64,000 nucleotides of DNA. Source: an uncultured Hyphomicrobiaceae bacterium (GTDB taxonomy: Bacteria > Pseudomonadota > Alphaproteobacteria > Rhizobiales > Hyphomicrobiaceae). Of the stretch, positions 38,610-48,475 are shown piece after piece (positions within the stretch are counted from its first letter, which is position 1; each line of letters begins with the position of its first letter). The position numbers and the translations under genes were made by a program. The stretch lies in assembly GCA_937873575.1 (NCBI GenBank), contig CALMPK010000336.1:26624-90623 (forward strand). Direction: 5' to 3'. The notes under the pieces were generated by a model, which was not told the DNA's origin, ran no database searches, and was given only the letters and a program-made list of their open reading frames with translations.

Positions 38610-41600
38610 TTATGCTAGCGGCAATGTTGTATCGAGTTGCCGCACCAGGTGTACCGCGGAGTCAATTTCCATCACGTCCACATCTTCGCCTAGGCCCTCC
38701 TGCGCGAGATCAACTACATGTCTGTGGTGCGTGAATAGGATCGGCTGCACGTCCTGCGAAAGACCCGCCAGCGCAACGAGGCCGTTCATCGTGCGGGCAT
38801 CGTCAAAGGTCATGAACAAGTCGTCGCCGAGGAACGGGATCGGTTCGGACCGCCTGGCGTAGTCTTCCAGATAGGCCAGCCGCAGAGCCAGGTAGAGCTG
38901 GTCGCGGGCGCCCTCGCTCATACCCTCCACGTGCACATCCTCGCCACCGGGGCGCCGTCCGATAAGACGCAGCACGTCGTTGTCGTCGAGCTCCTGGCCG
39001 AGGCCCGCGAAAGCGCCACCGGTGATGGTCGCGAACAGTTGTCCCGCCCGAAGCATCAAGGGATCCTGTTGACTGGTTCTTTGTCGTTCGATTGCCGCGC
39101 CCAACAGCATACTGCCAAGCTTCAGGATGCTCCATTCGCGTGCCGACGCGACCAGTTCCGCCTCAGCGCTGCGCTTCTGAAGCGCAGCAAGTTCCGCGCC
39201 GCTCCCCTGCTCGAGAGTTCGCCGCTCCGCCACGGCCTCCTTGTGTGCGGCAAATGCCTCGTTCGCGCTGCGATCCAATTGCTCGTTCTCAAGCTCCAGG
39301 TTCGTGAGCTTGCCCGTCGCGAGGTCCGGATCGAAAATCGCGAGCTGCGACCGCAGCTCGTCTTCCGGTAATCCGTCGGCCTGCGCCAATAGCTGGCCGC
39401 GGAGTTTTGCGAGTGATTGGACAAGACTGTTGCGGGACTTTAAGCGCCGACAGAGCTCCTGCAGATCCGCATCTCTGGGCAAACGTTTCACCAGCTGAGC
39501 GAGAGCGGATTCCGCCTCAGAGAGTGCAAGAACGGCTTGTTCCTTTCTGCGCATGGCCTCCGATAGATGCTTCTCGACCTCGCCGTGCCGAGTGCTCGCT
39601 TTCGTAGCCTCCGCCAGACGCCCGTTGAGCTGCCTCATTGCAGTCTCTGGTGCCAGAACCATAAGGTCCGGTGCGACAGCGGCCACGACAACGGCGATCT
39701 TCTTCGCGAAGGCCGCCATATCGGTTTGCATTCCGGCGATCCGCCCCGCTCTGTCGTCACGGGCGCTGGTGGCTGCGGGCACTGCCTGCCACACCTCCAG
39801 TGCCGCCTGCGCTTGTTCGATTGTGGGGCCGTATGCGCTTATGGCCGCCACCGCCGGCTCCCACCGCGCCTGCCACACCCCGCGCTTCTCTTCCAATTGC
39901 TTCTTCTGACGCTCGAGCTTTGCGACGCGATCGTGGGCGGCACGCATGCTCGTCTCGAAATCGCGGCGTCGGTTCCAGTCTTCGGTCATCTTTCGCAGCT
40001 GAACCTCGATCCTTTGCGCAAGCGCTGTCGGCTCGAGCCCCGCGAAACCATCGAGTCCGACTGCGCTCGCCAGCCGGGACAACTCGGGCGCTATGGCTTC
40101 TATGGCAGTGTCGACAGCATCCAGCCTGCCTTTGGCGTCCCGGACTTCCTCCCGCTTCTCCAGAAGCTTGCCGACCCCGTCGAGCCAGACGAGCATCTCT
40201 GCGGGCGGGAGCGGACGGGAGATGCCGCACTGCGACCATTCTTCTTCATATGCCGCCCATTCCTCGCGCCGGCGTCGGTCGAGGTCAGCGAGATGCGCCA
40301 GTAGATCGGTATGCGTGCGTCGCGCCTCCGACAATTGCCGCTCGGTCGCCGCAAACTCCGCCACGTGGGACGCATCGATTAGAGCGTCGTCAGACAGCCT
40401 GTCCGCATCGGCTGCATTGCGCTCGAACTCTCGCACGCTATCCGGCACGGCTACCGCCGGAAGGTGATCCGCCTCACCAAGCAATGTGGACCGCAATCCC
40501 TGCCAGATGAGGTCCCGGCGGCCCCGCTGCTCTGCTATGGCCTCGCGAGTTGGAACGGGCCGCTCAGACCCGAAGGCCATCAAGTGCTGCTCGAGCTTAC
40601 GAATGTTAGCTTCGATTTCGGAGCGGCGATCCGCCGAGCGGTCTCTCTCCTTGTCGATCCCGTCCAGGGTCTTGCGAAATCGCGCGAGCGTCTCGCTCGA
40701 CGGCAGCTTCGAGGTCGCAATGACATCGATGGACACGGGCAATGCCGGCTTGAGGCGGTTGCCGCCCTCTGCCAGCTGACGGTTCAACTTCGCGAAACTG
40801 GAAGCGAGCTCGCTGTGACGATCGATCTGGCGCAGAACCGGGGCATGCGCCGCCAGGCGGTCGGAGAATGGCTTGGGATCGATGGCTTGTCCGAGCGGCT
40901 CCGCTTCATTCCGGAGCTGTTCGAGCTTTCCCTGCTCCTCCACAAGTTCCGCTTCATTGGTCGAGATCGATGATTGCAATTTGCCGCCCTCCCCAATGAG
41001 GGTCCGGGCCAGCGCCAATGCCGCATCGCTAGGCCTTGCTCTCTCCATGGCCGGTGCATCCGGTAAGCCAAGTCGCCGCGCATACTCCTCGAGCTGCCCG
41101 GAATAGAGGCGCACTTCGCGCTCGACGGCCGGGATATCCGCCTGGGCTTTCGTGTAGGCACCGAGTTCGCCGAAGAGGCGGACGATTTCCGCTGCACGAG
41201 CCAGCGGCGCCGGATCGAACGTGATGGCCGCCAGATTTGTTCTGGCTTGATGCTCGTCCCGATCGGTCCGGTCCCGAGTCTGGAGTGCTGCATCCCTCGC
41301 TGCGATGCCCGCCTCGAGTTGCTCAGCGAAGCCGGCCTCGACATCGGGCAGGCCACCTAGAGCGGCCAGCGTGCCGACCTCGGCATCGATCTGAGCGATC
41401 AGCGGACCGACGCGCCTCAGGCGCGATAATCGGGCGTGCTCGGCGCCATTGTCCTGACGCTTCTGCTTGATGCTTTCGAGCTCGGCCGCCAGCTGGTCAA
41501 TCTTCTCGTTCAGGTCCTTCCAATAGCCGGCTTTGAGCTCGCGGTCCCGTATGGCGCGACTGGCGGTAGTGAAGCGCTCCAGAGACTGATAGAACGCGCG

Positions 41601-42140
41601 CTCCCTGGAGGCGCGAGGTGCGAAGATGGCGCTGGCCTCCAAATCGAGCTTCTGGCGCAGATCCGTAAGGCCGCGGAGGCCCGATGCGGCCGCAAACAGG
41701 CTTGCACCGACCTCGCCCTCGCTCTTCAGCATCTCTTCCGCCCCGGATCTCAGCGTCTGCGCATTGAGACCGAATGCATTGCAGAACACGTCGCGGGTGA
41801 TTGAGCCCAGGAATCCCACAAGAGCATCGTCGGGCAAGGCGGAATCGGTGTCGAAGTCGCGAAGCGTTCTCTTGTTGCCTTTGCGCCGCCGGAAGCTCAG
41901 CGTTTGCCCGGTGCGGTCGGCGATCGTCGCAGCGATGCGAAGCTCTCGCTGGTCGTGTAGAAAATCGTATCTGGTCTGCCGCTCGATCCCGAACAGAAGA
42001 TCCGTCACGGCCGCCAGTGCACAGCTCTTGCCGGCTTCGTTTCGGCCATAGACGACATGAAGTCTGGCATTCGGGCGGAAGGTCAGCGATTGGCCGACAA
42101 AGGGTCCGAAACGTTCGAGTTCGAGCTTTGCTAATCGCAT
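38610..42140 (-). CDS. Rad50/SbcC/YhaN-like AAA ATPase with long coiled coil
   Basis: MRLAKLELERFGPF plus Walker A GRNEAGKS at the N-terminus. About 900 aa of coiled coil. C-terminal signature MSEGARDQLYLALRLA and Walker B IPFLGDDLF. No CxxC zinc hook seen. The start is taken at 42140, 1 nt after the upstream stop. Confidence 0.85.
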   Translation of the reverse strand: MRLAKLELERFGPFVGQSLTFRPNARLHVVYGRNEAGKSCALAAVTDLLFGIERQTRYDFLHDQRELRIAATIADRTGQTLSFRRRKGNKRTLRDFDTDSALPDDALVGFLGSITRDVFCNAFGLNAQTLRSGAEEMLKSEGEVGASLFAAASGLRGLTDLRQKLDLEASAIFAPRASRERAFYQSLERFTTASRAIRDRELKAGYWKDLNEKIDQLAAELESIKQKRQDNGAEHARLSRLRRVGPLIAQIDAEVGTLAALGGLPDVEAGFAEQLEAGIAARDAALQTRDRTDRDEHQARTNLAAITFDPAPLARAAEIVRLFGELGAYTKAQADIPAVEREVRLYSGQLEEYARRLGLPDAPAMERARPSDAALALARTLIGEGGKLQSSISTNEAELVEEQGKLEQLRNEAEPLGQAIDPKPFSDRLAAHAPVLRQIDRHSELASSFAKLNRQLAEGGNRLKPALPVSIDVIATSKLPSSETLARFRKTLDGIDKERDRSADRRSEIEANIRKLEQHLMAFGSERPVPTREAIAEQRGRRDLIWQGLRSTLLGEADHLPAVAVPDSVREFERNAADADRLSDDALIDASHVAEFAATERQLSEARRTHTDLLAHLADLDRRRREEWAAYEEEWSQCGISRPLPPAEMLVWLDGVGKLLEKREEVRDAKGRLDAVDTAIEAIAPELSRLASAVGLDGFAGLEPTALAQRIEVQLRKMTEDWNRRRDFETSMRAAHDRVAKLERQKKQLEEKRGVWQARWEPAVAAISAYGPTIEQAQAALEVWQAVPAATSARDDRAGRIAGMQTDMAAFAKKIAVVVAAVAPDLMVLAPETAMRQLNGRLAEATKASTRHGEVEKHLSEAMRRKEQAVLALSEAESALAQLVKRLPRDADLQELCRRLKSRNSLVQSLAKLRGQLLAQADGLPEDELRSQLAIFDPDLATGKLTNLELENEQLDRSANEAFAAHKEAVAERRTLEQGSGAELAALQKRSAEAELVASAREWSILKLGSMLLGAAIERQRTSQQDPLMLRAGQLFATITGGAFAGLGQELDDNDVLRLIGRRPGGEDVHVEGMSEGARDQLYLALRLAYLEDYARRSEPIPFLGDDLFMTFDDARTMNGLVALAGLSQDVQPILFTHHRHVVDLAQEGLGEDVDVMEIDSAVHLVRQLDTTLPLA

Positions 42141-42141
42141 C

Positions 42142-43431
42142 TCACCCCCCCGTTGTATCGGCGGCGACACGGCTCACAACGAGCAGCCGAGCCTCTTCCA
42201 GCAGGGCCGCGAGGTCGCCTTCCGCCGCTGCCGCCTGGGCGAGGCCCTCGGGCAATTTGCTCCTGACTTCGGCTGCGATCCCCTCCGCCGCCCCGAGCAC
42301 GTCTGGCCTGCTCGCCAGCTCTGCGAGGATGGCAGGGAGATTGAAGGACGAGGCGCTGGCCGACACCGAGAGCTCGTTCGCATCGCGTGTACTTATGCGC
42401 AGCCTCTCGATCCAGATATCGTCACTGACGTGGTGGGCGACGGCCTGGACCTCGTCAGCCAGACGACGCGCGGAACTCTTGAGATGCTGATGCAGAGACG
42501 TGGCACCCGCAAGCGTGACGCGCATGGCGAGAAGTTTGTCGGCAGCCTTTTCAGCGTGCGGCGCCATCGCCTGCTTTACCGCCTCCAGGACGTCTCGCTC
42601 GTTCTCAAGCCCGGCCAACGGGACCTCGACCGACACCCAGCGTGCCGCATCGACGATAAGGCGGCGGACGTGGGCGACCTCTCCGTCGGTCACCTCGACG
42701 AGGACCGCGCCCTTGGGGCCGCACTCGCGTACACTGCGGCCTTGTAGATTGCCCGGGTAGATGACCCATGGGTCGCGCGACAGCTCCTCGTATTCGTGTA
42801 CGTGGCCGAGGGCCCAGTAATGATAGCCCCGCGATGCGAGGTCTGCGACCGTGCATGGCGCGTACGACGCGTGGCCGGGGCGGCCTGTGCACGACGTATG
42901 CAAAACACCAATGTTGAACCACCCAGGCACCGGCGCGGGATATTCGAGCGCATAATTCTCGGTTGCGGCCCGCTCCGCAAAGCTCCGACCGTGCAAGACG
43001 ACCTTCAGATGGTCGATCCGAAAGCTGCGCGCCTTGCCGGGCGGGAATTGATAGACGCTCTCCGGCAGAGTAATGGTTCTGGTGATAATGCTCTCAGCGT
43101 CGTGATTGCCCTTTAGCAAGAACAGCCCAATTCCCGCGCGATGCAGCCTTGCAATCTCTCGGTTGAAATAGAGGCCGATCGTATTGTCTTTCCAGTCGCC
43201 GTCGTACACGTCCCCCGCAATGACCACGAAGGATACCGCCAAATCGATAGCGCAAGTGATCAGTTGAGAGAACGCCTGTCGACTGGCTTCCGAGAAGCGC
43301 CGCGCGATCTCTTCGTCCTTGATGGTAAGACCCACTAGCGGGCTACCAAGGTGAAGATCGGCCGCGTGAATGAAAGTGAATGATGTAGTCGTGCTGGACA
43401 TGTTGGAATCGCCTCCACTCCCGGATGCCAC
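42142..43431 (-). CDS. Mre11/SbcD/YhaO-like metallophosphoesterase
   Basis: FIHAADLHLG, VVIAGDVYDG, LLKGNHD and ALGHVH phosphoesterase motifs. An alternative ATG start at 43401 has a GGAGG upstream. Confidence 0.85.
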   Translation of the reverse strand: MASGSGGDSNMSSTTTSFTFIHAADLHLGSPLVGLTIKDEEIARRFSEASRQAFSQLITCAIDLAVSFVVIAGDVYDGDWKDNTIGLYFNREIARLHRAGIGLFLLKGNHDAESIITRTITLPESVYQFPPGKARSFRIDHLKVVLHGRSFAERAATENYALEYPAPVPGWFNIGVLHTSCTGRPGHASYAPCTVADLASRGYHYWALGHVHEYEELSRDPWVIYPGNLQGRSVRECGPKGAVLVEVTDGEVAHVRRLIVDAARWVSVEVPLAGLENERDVLEAVKQAMAPHAEKAADKLLAMRVTLAGATSLHQHLKSSARRLADEVQAVAHHVSDDIWIERLRISTRDANELSVSASASSFNLPAILAELASRPDVLGAAEGIAAEVRSKLPEGLAQAAAAEGDLAALLEEARLLVVSRVAADTTGG

Positions 43432-43461
43432 GCGCTAACCAGGTTGCTTCGAGCTCCGGCT

Positions 43462-46400
43462 TCAATCTGTTCTTCGGTCCCCTGAGCAGACGCCGGGTCC
43501 GGTGGCTCGCTGCCCCTCCGCTAAGCCGGCATCCTGCCCGTATACTGCCACCGCGCACAGGGCGTTTACGAGCCGCATCTGCTCGACGGTCTGGCAGGGG
43601 ACATCGAGCAGGCGCGGACTTGCGATCACGATCGAGAGCGCCTGGGCGCGGCTGATCGCGACGTTGAGGCGGTTCACAGAGAAGAGGAACTCGATGTTGC
43701 GTGGCAATTCCGCAGCGCTTGAGGTGGCCATCGAGACGATACAGATCGGCGCTTCCTGGCCCTGGAACTTGTCGACCGTGCCAACGCGGGCGCCGTCCGG
43801 CAGCGTACGTGCGAGCAGATTCACCTGCGCATTGTAGGGTGTCACGACAAGGATGTCCGCAGCGGTGATCTTGCGCACCTTGCCGTCGCGATCGCGGAAC
43901 GACTGGCCGTGCAGCGCGACGAACGCCTTGCGAACCGCCGCTGCCTCCTCTTCGCTAGATTGGCTGTTGCCCTCGTGGGCGACGGTCTGGAACAGCAGCC
44001 CCGCGGCCGGGAACATCTTCGCGCGGCGTTCGTCGAGGATGAGCGCTTGGCGCGCCGCGCCGCTATCGCTCATCAGGCGGCCGCCGTAGACAACTTCGGA
44101 GATGTACTTGCAGATCGCAGGATGCATACGGCGCGACACGGGGAGGAAGATGCCGCGCTCCGACGGCACCGTCGTTGCGTCGGCTAGCACGTGCGACAGC
44201 GCTGAGGCATCCGAGCCCGCGGGATGTACGCCCTGCACTGGCTGGGCAAGCTGCATAGGATCGCCGACCAGCACGATGTTCTTCGCGCACGAGCCCGCCG
44301 CTACGAGATCGGCTAGCGACAGCTGGCCGGCCTCGTCGACGAAGAGATAGTCGAACGTGCTGTCGTGTTCTTTCGCCGAGAACAACCAAGCGGTGCCGCC
44401 GACGAGCGGGTAACGCGACAGTCGCGCGTCCTTCGGGGAATTGGTTACGTCTATGCCAACGTCTTTCAGCGCATCGCCGTCGTCGGCCTTCTTCACGGCC
44501 TTGAGCTCGTAACCGTCCTCCGCCGCGCGCTCGGCGACAGCAAGCATCAGGTTGTCAATCGCCTTGTGCGAGTTTGAAGTCACAGCCACGCGCTTGCCCG
44601 ACTGCAAGAGCGCGACGATCGCTCGCGACGCGACGTAGGTCTTGCCCGTGCCCGGCGGTCCCTGGATCGGCAGATAGCTGTCGCGAAGACGATTGATCAC
44701 ATCGACAGTGGCGCTGACCAGCTCGGCATCTGCTGCGATGATGGGCTTGCCGGCCTTGATGCCTCTTATACTGGGCAGCGCGCCCATCAGAATCGCCTCG
44801 ATTGCGGGATAGCTGCAGCCATTATCGAACACGTCTTCGGCGACGCGCGCGACGGCCTCGCGCTTGACAAGGTTGTCGATCGGCCCCGCGGGAATCAGAT
44901 CGAGTGTCTTCGGCGGCTTTCCTACGCTCGGGCCGAACTTCACCACTACCTCTCTCGTGTCGGCGTCGAGACTGAGCAGCGACACCGTCGGAATGTCATC
45001 CAGCTTGGCGCGCACTCGCGATTTCTCGTTGAGCTTCGTCTCCTGCTCGGGGAAGCGGTAGGTGCGCGCCAACGACTGTTTTTCCGGCCGAGCCGGGCCG
45101 ATCGCCTCGAGGCCGGCCAGACTTTCGAGGTCGTCGATGAGGTCGTCGGTCTCGCGTTGCGCGCGATCGAACACGCCCCACCACTGCGGCTTGTCCTCGC
45201 GCTTGTGATACCACATCAGCTCGAACAGCAGCTCGGCCGGCGGGCCGGCGAGGGGCCCAGTTACACGCGAAAGCAGCGTGCGGATCTTCTCGCGCTCGGT
45301 CTCCTCGGCGTTCGCACGCTCATCGGCGCCGGGCTTGCCGTCTTTGACCTCCTTGAGATCTGCCCACGGCATCTGCTTTGGCCGCGCCTCCTTGATGAGC
45401 CAGTCGCGCAATCCCTTGGTCGATTTGCAGTCGAACTCGTTGTAGGCGCGGATGCCCGCGAGCAGTGCGTCATCGCGGCTCTCGCGCCACCTCTCGTAGA
45501 CGACGATGCTGTCGCCGGCACTCGTCACGTCCTCGTTGCGCTTCTCCGAATAGAACACCTCGAGGTCCTTGATCGAGTAGCCGGCCTCGGACGCGATGAT
45601 GCCTTGCTGCACGACGCGATAAAGATCGACGAAGCGCTGCTCGCGCAGCAGGCGGTCGAGCTTGGCCTCGCCCACGCCGTGCTTGGCGACGAGCCGCTTC
45701 AGCGCCGTCACCTCGTAGTGGTTGTAGTGATAGATGTAGGCGTCAGGGTGCTTGCGCAGGTGCGCGTCGAAGAACGCGAGCACGGCGCGCGTCGCCTCGC
45801 GCTCTTCCTCCGGGGTGTGCGCCCAGAATGCCTTGAACTGGCCGCTACCCTTGACCTCGTACCAGACGCCGAACAGGTACTCGAGACCGCCCTCGATCAG
45901 CGGATCGCCCTCCATGTCGAAGAAGAGATCGCCGGCATTCGGCTTCAGCATGCGCGCGAGCCCCATGCCCGGCTCGGCGTTCTCACGCAGCTTGAAGGCC
46001 GGAGGGCCGCCCTGGCGGCGCTTGTGCTGCAGTGCGGCCTGCTCGCGCAGCTTGGCGTGCGTGTCCGCCTTGAGATCGGGCACCGGCGTCTTGCACTGAG
46101 CAAGCTGACCGAGCGTCGCGACGCCGGCGGTCTCGAGCTTCAAGCGCTGGTCCTTGCGAATGCCGGCGACGAGCACGAGGCTGTCCGTCTCGTCCCACTC
46201 GGTCTTGCAGTGCTCGCGCCAGCGGCACAGGCTGCACGCCGAGCACGGTTCGGGCCGCGTCGGCTCCGGCCCGGCGATGAAAGCCTCGAGCCGGCGACGC
46301 AGGTGCCGGGCGTAGTGCATGTAGTCGGCGAGCCGCAGCGTCGCGAGCTTGCCGGTGCCGAGCTTCACGTGGATGTGCTCCGGCAGAACGCCCTGGATCT

Positions 46401-46905
46401 CGGCCACGAGGTCCGAGTAGAGCGCGAGCTGCAGCACATGGCTCGGCGCTTCCTTGCGCTTGAGCTTTGTGTCCTCGACCTCGTAAGAGGACGCGCCGAG
46501 CTTCGAGGGACGCTCGACGCGCCGCAGGAAGTCGGCATAGCCGCCCCAGCCGTCCCCGAAGAGAGCTGCCTGAAAGATGACCGGTTTGCCGGCCTTCATC
46601 GCCGCGATCGTCATCGCGCGCTGGTCGTCGAGACCGGCGAGCTTGGTCTCGATCATGGCGACGTCGGTGCCTGCCGATTTGAACTCGGCCAGATACGCGC
46701 GCTCGTGCGCGTCGCCCTTCTTCTGCAGCAGAGCAGCGGTCTCTGTGTCCTCGATGGGCACGAGCTTGCCACCGGGCTTGCCTGCTCCTCCACGGTTGCC
46801 GCGCGCGCCGAGATACTCGAGATCGAGCGCCGTCGCGTGCATGCAGCCCTGAAACCGCATCAGGTCCGATGCGGACAGTATGATCTTGCCGTTCTCACGT
46901 TTCAT
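43462..46905 (-). CDS. Cas4/RecB-like PD-(D/E)xK nuclease (TM0106-type) fused to an SF1 (Upf1/Dna2-like) helicase
   Basis: N-terminal Cys (FQGCMHA) plus a CSACSLCRWREHC cluster typical of Cas4-like Fe-S nucleases. Helicase motifs GPPGTGKTY, LFVDEAGQ, LVGDPMQL, VVTPYNAQ, KFQGQEA and LNVAISRAQ. Confidence 0.85.
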   Translation of the reverse strand: MKRENGKIILSASDLMRFQGCMHATALDLEYLGARGNRGGAGKPGGKLVPIEDTETAALLQKKGDAHERAYLAEFKSAGTDVAMIETKLAGLDDQRAMTIAAMKAGKPVIFQAALFGDGWGGYADFLRRVERPSKLGASSYEVEDTKLKRKEAPSHVLQLALYSDLVAEIQGVLPEHIHVKLGTGKLATLRLADYMHYARHLRRRLEAFIAGPEPTRPEPCSACSLCRWREHCKTEWDETDSLVLVAGIRKDQRLKLETAGVATLGQLAQCKTPVPDLKADTHAKLREQAALQHKRRQGGPPAFKLRENAEPGMGLARMLKPNAGDLFFDMEGDPLIEGGLEYLFGVWYEVKGSGQFKAFWAHTPEEEREATRAVLAFFDAHLRKHPDAYIYHYNHYEVTALKRLVAKHGVGEAKLDRLLREQRFVDLYRVVQQGIIASEAGYSIKDLEVFYSEKRNEDVTSAGDSIVVYERWRESRDDALLAGIRAYNEFDCKSTKGLRDWLIKEARPKQMPWADLKEVKDGKPGADERANAEETEREKIRTLLSRVTGPLAGPPAELLFELMWYHKREDKPQWWGVFDRAQRETDDLIDDLESLAGLEAIGPARPEKQSLARTYRFPEQETKLNEKSRVRAKLDDIPTVSLLSLDADTREVVVKFGPSVGKPPKTLDLIPAGPIDNLVKREAVARVAEDVFDNGCSYPAIEAILMGALPSIRGIKAGKPIIAADAELVSATVDVINRLRDSYLPIQGPPGTGKTYVASRAIVALLQSGKRVAVTSNSHKAIDNLMLAVAERAAEDGYELKAVKKADDGDALKDVGIDVTNSPKDARLSRYPLVGGTAWLFSAKEHDSTFDYLFVDEAGQLSLADLVAAGSCAKNIVLVGDPMQLAQPVQGVHPAGSDASALSHVLADATTVPSERGIFLPVSRRMHPAICKYISEVVYGGRLMSDSGAARQALILDERRAKMFPAAGLLFQTVAHEGNSQSSEEEAAAVRKAFVALHGQSFRDRDGKVRKITAADILVVTPYNAQVNLLARTLPDGARVGTVDKFQGQEAPICIVSMATSSAAELPRNIEFLFSVNRLNVAISRAQALSIVIASPRLLDVPCQTVEQMRLVNALCAVAVYGQDAGLAEGQRATGPGVCSGDRRTD

Positions 46906-46951
46906 TCCTGCGCCCCTCCGTGAGCGTGAGGATGCTCATACAAGGGCGGGG

Positions 46952-46970
46952 TGACAAGAAGTGTCATGCG
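46952..46970. promoter_or_regulatory. Inverted repeat TGACA-N5-TGTCA followed by TGCG, upstream of the nuclease-helicase operon
   Basis: It lies 47-65 nt upstream of the start at 46905. TGTCATGCG (46962-46970) is the reverse complement of CGCATGACA at 48206-48214. Confidence 0.4.
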
Positions 46971-47178
46971 CAACTCGGCGGCTACGGGCGGCCCCGGATC
47001 AACCGCAAGCTGATCGCGCAATGATCGCCGAACGTCTGCCTGGACACGCGGCGGTCCTGGTCCGAGGGCAGCGCGGGCGCATGGATCTGTAGATCGTCAC
47101 CCTTCCCCGGCACTCCACCTATCGAGAGATTCTGTACTAGGATAGCGGTATCCGACGTCACGGCAATCGATCTGATCC

Positions 47179-48174
47179 ATGACCTTCCGCAAAGCCGAGC
47201 AGCTGATCGAGTTGGCGACGATGGTGGCCGCACGTCACAGCGGCGTCACGCTCGACGATGTGGTCGAGCGGTTCGAGGTGTCGGGGCGAACGGCGCAGCG
47301 GTATCTGCACGCGCTGGAGGTTCAGTTTCCCGACACGCACACGTCGATCGACGACGTGGGCCGCAAGCGCTGGCGGCTGCCGTCGGCGCCGCTGCGAGAT
47401 CTGATGACGCTGTCGGCTGAGGAGCTGGCCGCGCTCGATCTTGCGGTCGAGACGCTGCGTCACAATGGACTCGGTGTCGAGGCCGACGATCTGCTTGCGC
47501 TGCGCGAGAAGATGCTAGCGCTGGTCCCGCGCGCTAAGGCTGCGCGGCTCGAGACCGACCACGAGGTGCTGCTCGAGGCGCAGGGGCTCGCCGCGCGTCC
47601 TGGACCCCGCCAACGCATCGACCGTCACGTCGCCCAAGCGATCGCCGAGGCGATCAAGTCGTGCCGCATTTTGGAGGTAAGCTACCGGGCACGTGACGAG
47701 GTCCAAGCACGGCCACGTCGCCTCGCACCCTATGGCCTGCTCACCGGCATCCGCCGCTATCTCGTGGCACGGCCGGAGGAGGAGCCGGACGCAGCGCCAC
47801 GCCTCTACGTAGTCGAGAGCATCCGCGGAGCGCGAGTCACCGACGAGGCCTCTACTCGCGATCCAGCGTTCAATTTGCAGGCGTTTGCTCGACGTTCCTT
47901 CGGCGTGTTCCAGAACCCGGAGGAATATGGCGAGGTTGTCTGGCGCTTCTCGCCCCGAGCGGCCGCTCACGCTCGCGGCTTCGAGTTCCACGCGAGCCAA
48001 ACGATGGAGGACCAGCCCGACGGTTCGTTGATCGTGCGCTTCTGGGCGTCCGGCCAACTCGAGATGGCATGGCACCTCTACATGTGGGGCGACGACGTCG
48101 AAGTGCTTGCGCCGCCCTCACTAAGCGAAATGGTCCACAACTTTCGGCGCAGGGACTTTCCGTCTCTTCCGTGA
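47179..48174 (+). CDS. WYL-domain transcriptional regulator (HTH-WYL-WCX architecture, BrxR/CapW class)
   Basis: N-terminal wHTH (VTLDDVVERFEVSGRTAQRYLHAL). Central segment ILEVSYRARDEVQARPRRLAPYGLL resembles a WYL domain. About 330 aa. Confidence 0.8.
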   Translation: MTFRKAEQLIELATMVAARHSGVTLDDVVERFEVSGRTAQRYLHALEVQFPDTHTSIDDVGRKRWRLPSAPLRDLMTLSAEELAALDLAVETLRHNGLGVEADDLLALREKMLALVPRAKAARLETDHEVLLEAQGLAARPGPRQRIDRHVAQAIAEAIKSCRILEVSYRARDEVQARPRRLAPYGLLTGIRRYLVARPEEEPDAAPRLYVVESIRGARVTDEASTRDPAFNLQAFARRSFGVFQNPEEYGEVVWRFSPRAAAHARGFEFHASQTMEDQPDGSLIVRFWASGQLEMAWHLYMWGDDVEVLAPPSLSEMVHNFRRRDFPSLP

Positions 48175-48205
48175 TGACACCACGATGACGCACTTCATTC
48201 GTGGA

Positions 48206-48225
48206 CGCATGACAGTTTCTGTCAT
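48206..48225. promoter_or_regulatory. Inverted repeat ATGACAG-TTT-CTGTCAT downstream of the WYL gene and upstream of the Clp-like operon
   Basis: 17-nt palindrome at 48209-48225. It shares the CGCATGACA / TGTCATGCG half-site with 46962-46970. Confidence 0.4.
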
Positions 48226-48475
48226 ACGCGTAGCCCATACACTTCGGCCAAGACGCGAAGCGGCTCACGGCGATGCTGATGTATAGCAAAGGCGGTCGAT
48301 AAGCAGCCGCGACCACGGCGGCTCGAGAAGGCGTTAGCACTGCATTCGGCGAGCGGGAGAAGATCTCTCACCTCTCGTGCGAATCAGCGACAGTCCGGCA
48401 TTGCTCGGGAATGTTGCGATGATTTCGGCGCCGGCAGCGCGCGGCCGTGGACGCGATTCTTTTTGGGGGGCCACA

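Noticed and set aside
45157-46923. 588-aa ORF antisense to the nuclease-helicase gene
   Set aside because: It is a mirror ORF, and all helicase and nuclease motifs are on the minus strand.
47140-47153. GGATA-N4-TATCC inverted repeat just upstream of the WYL gene start
   Set aside because: It has only 5-bp arms and is not repeated elsewhere in the locus, so it is too weak to call an operator.
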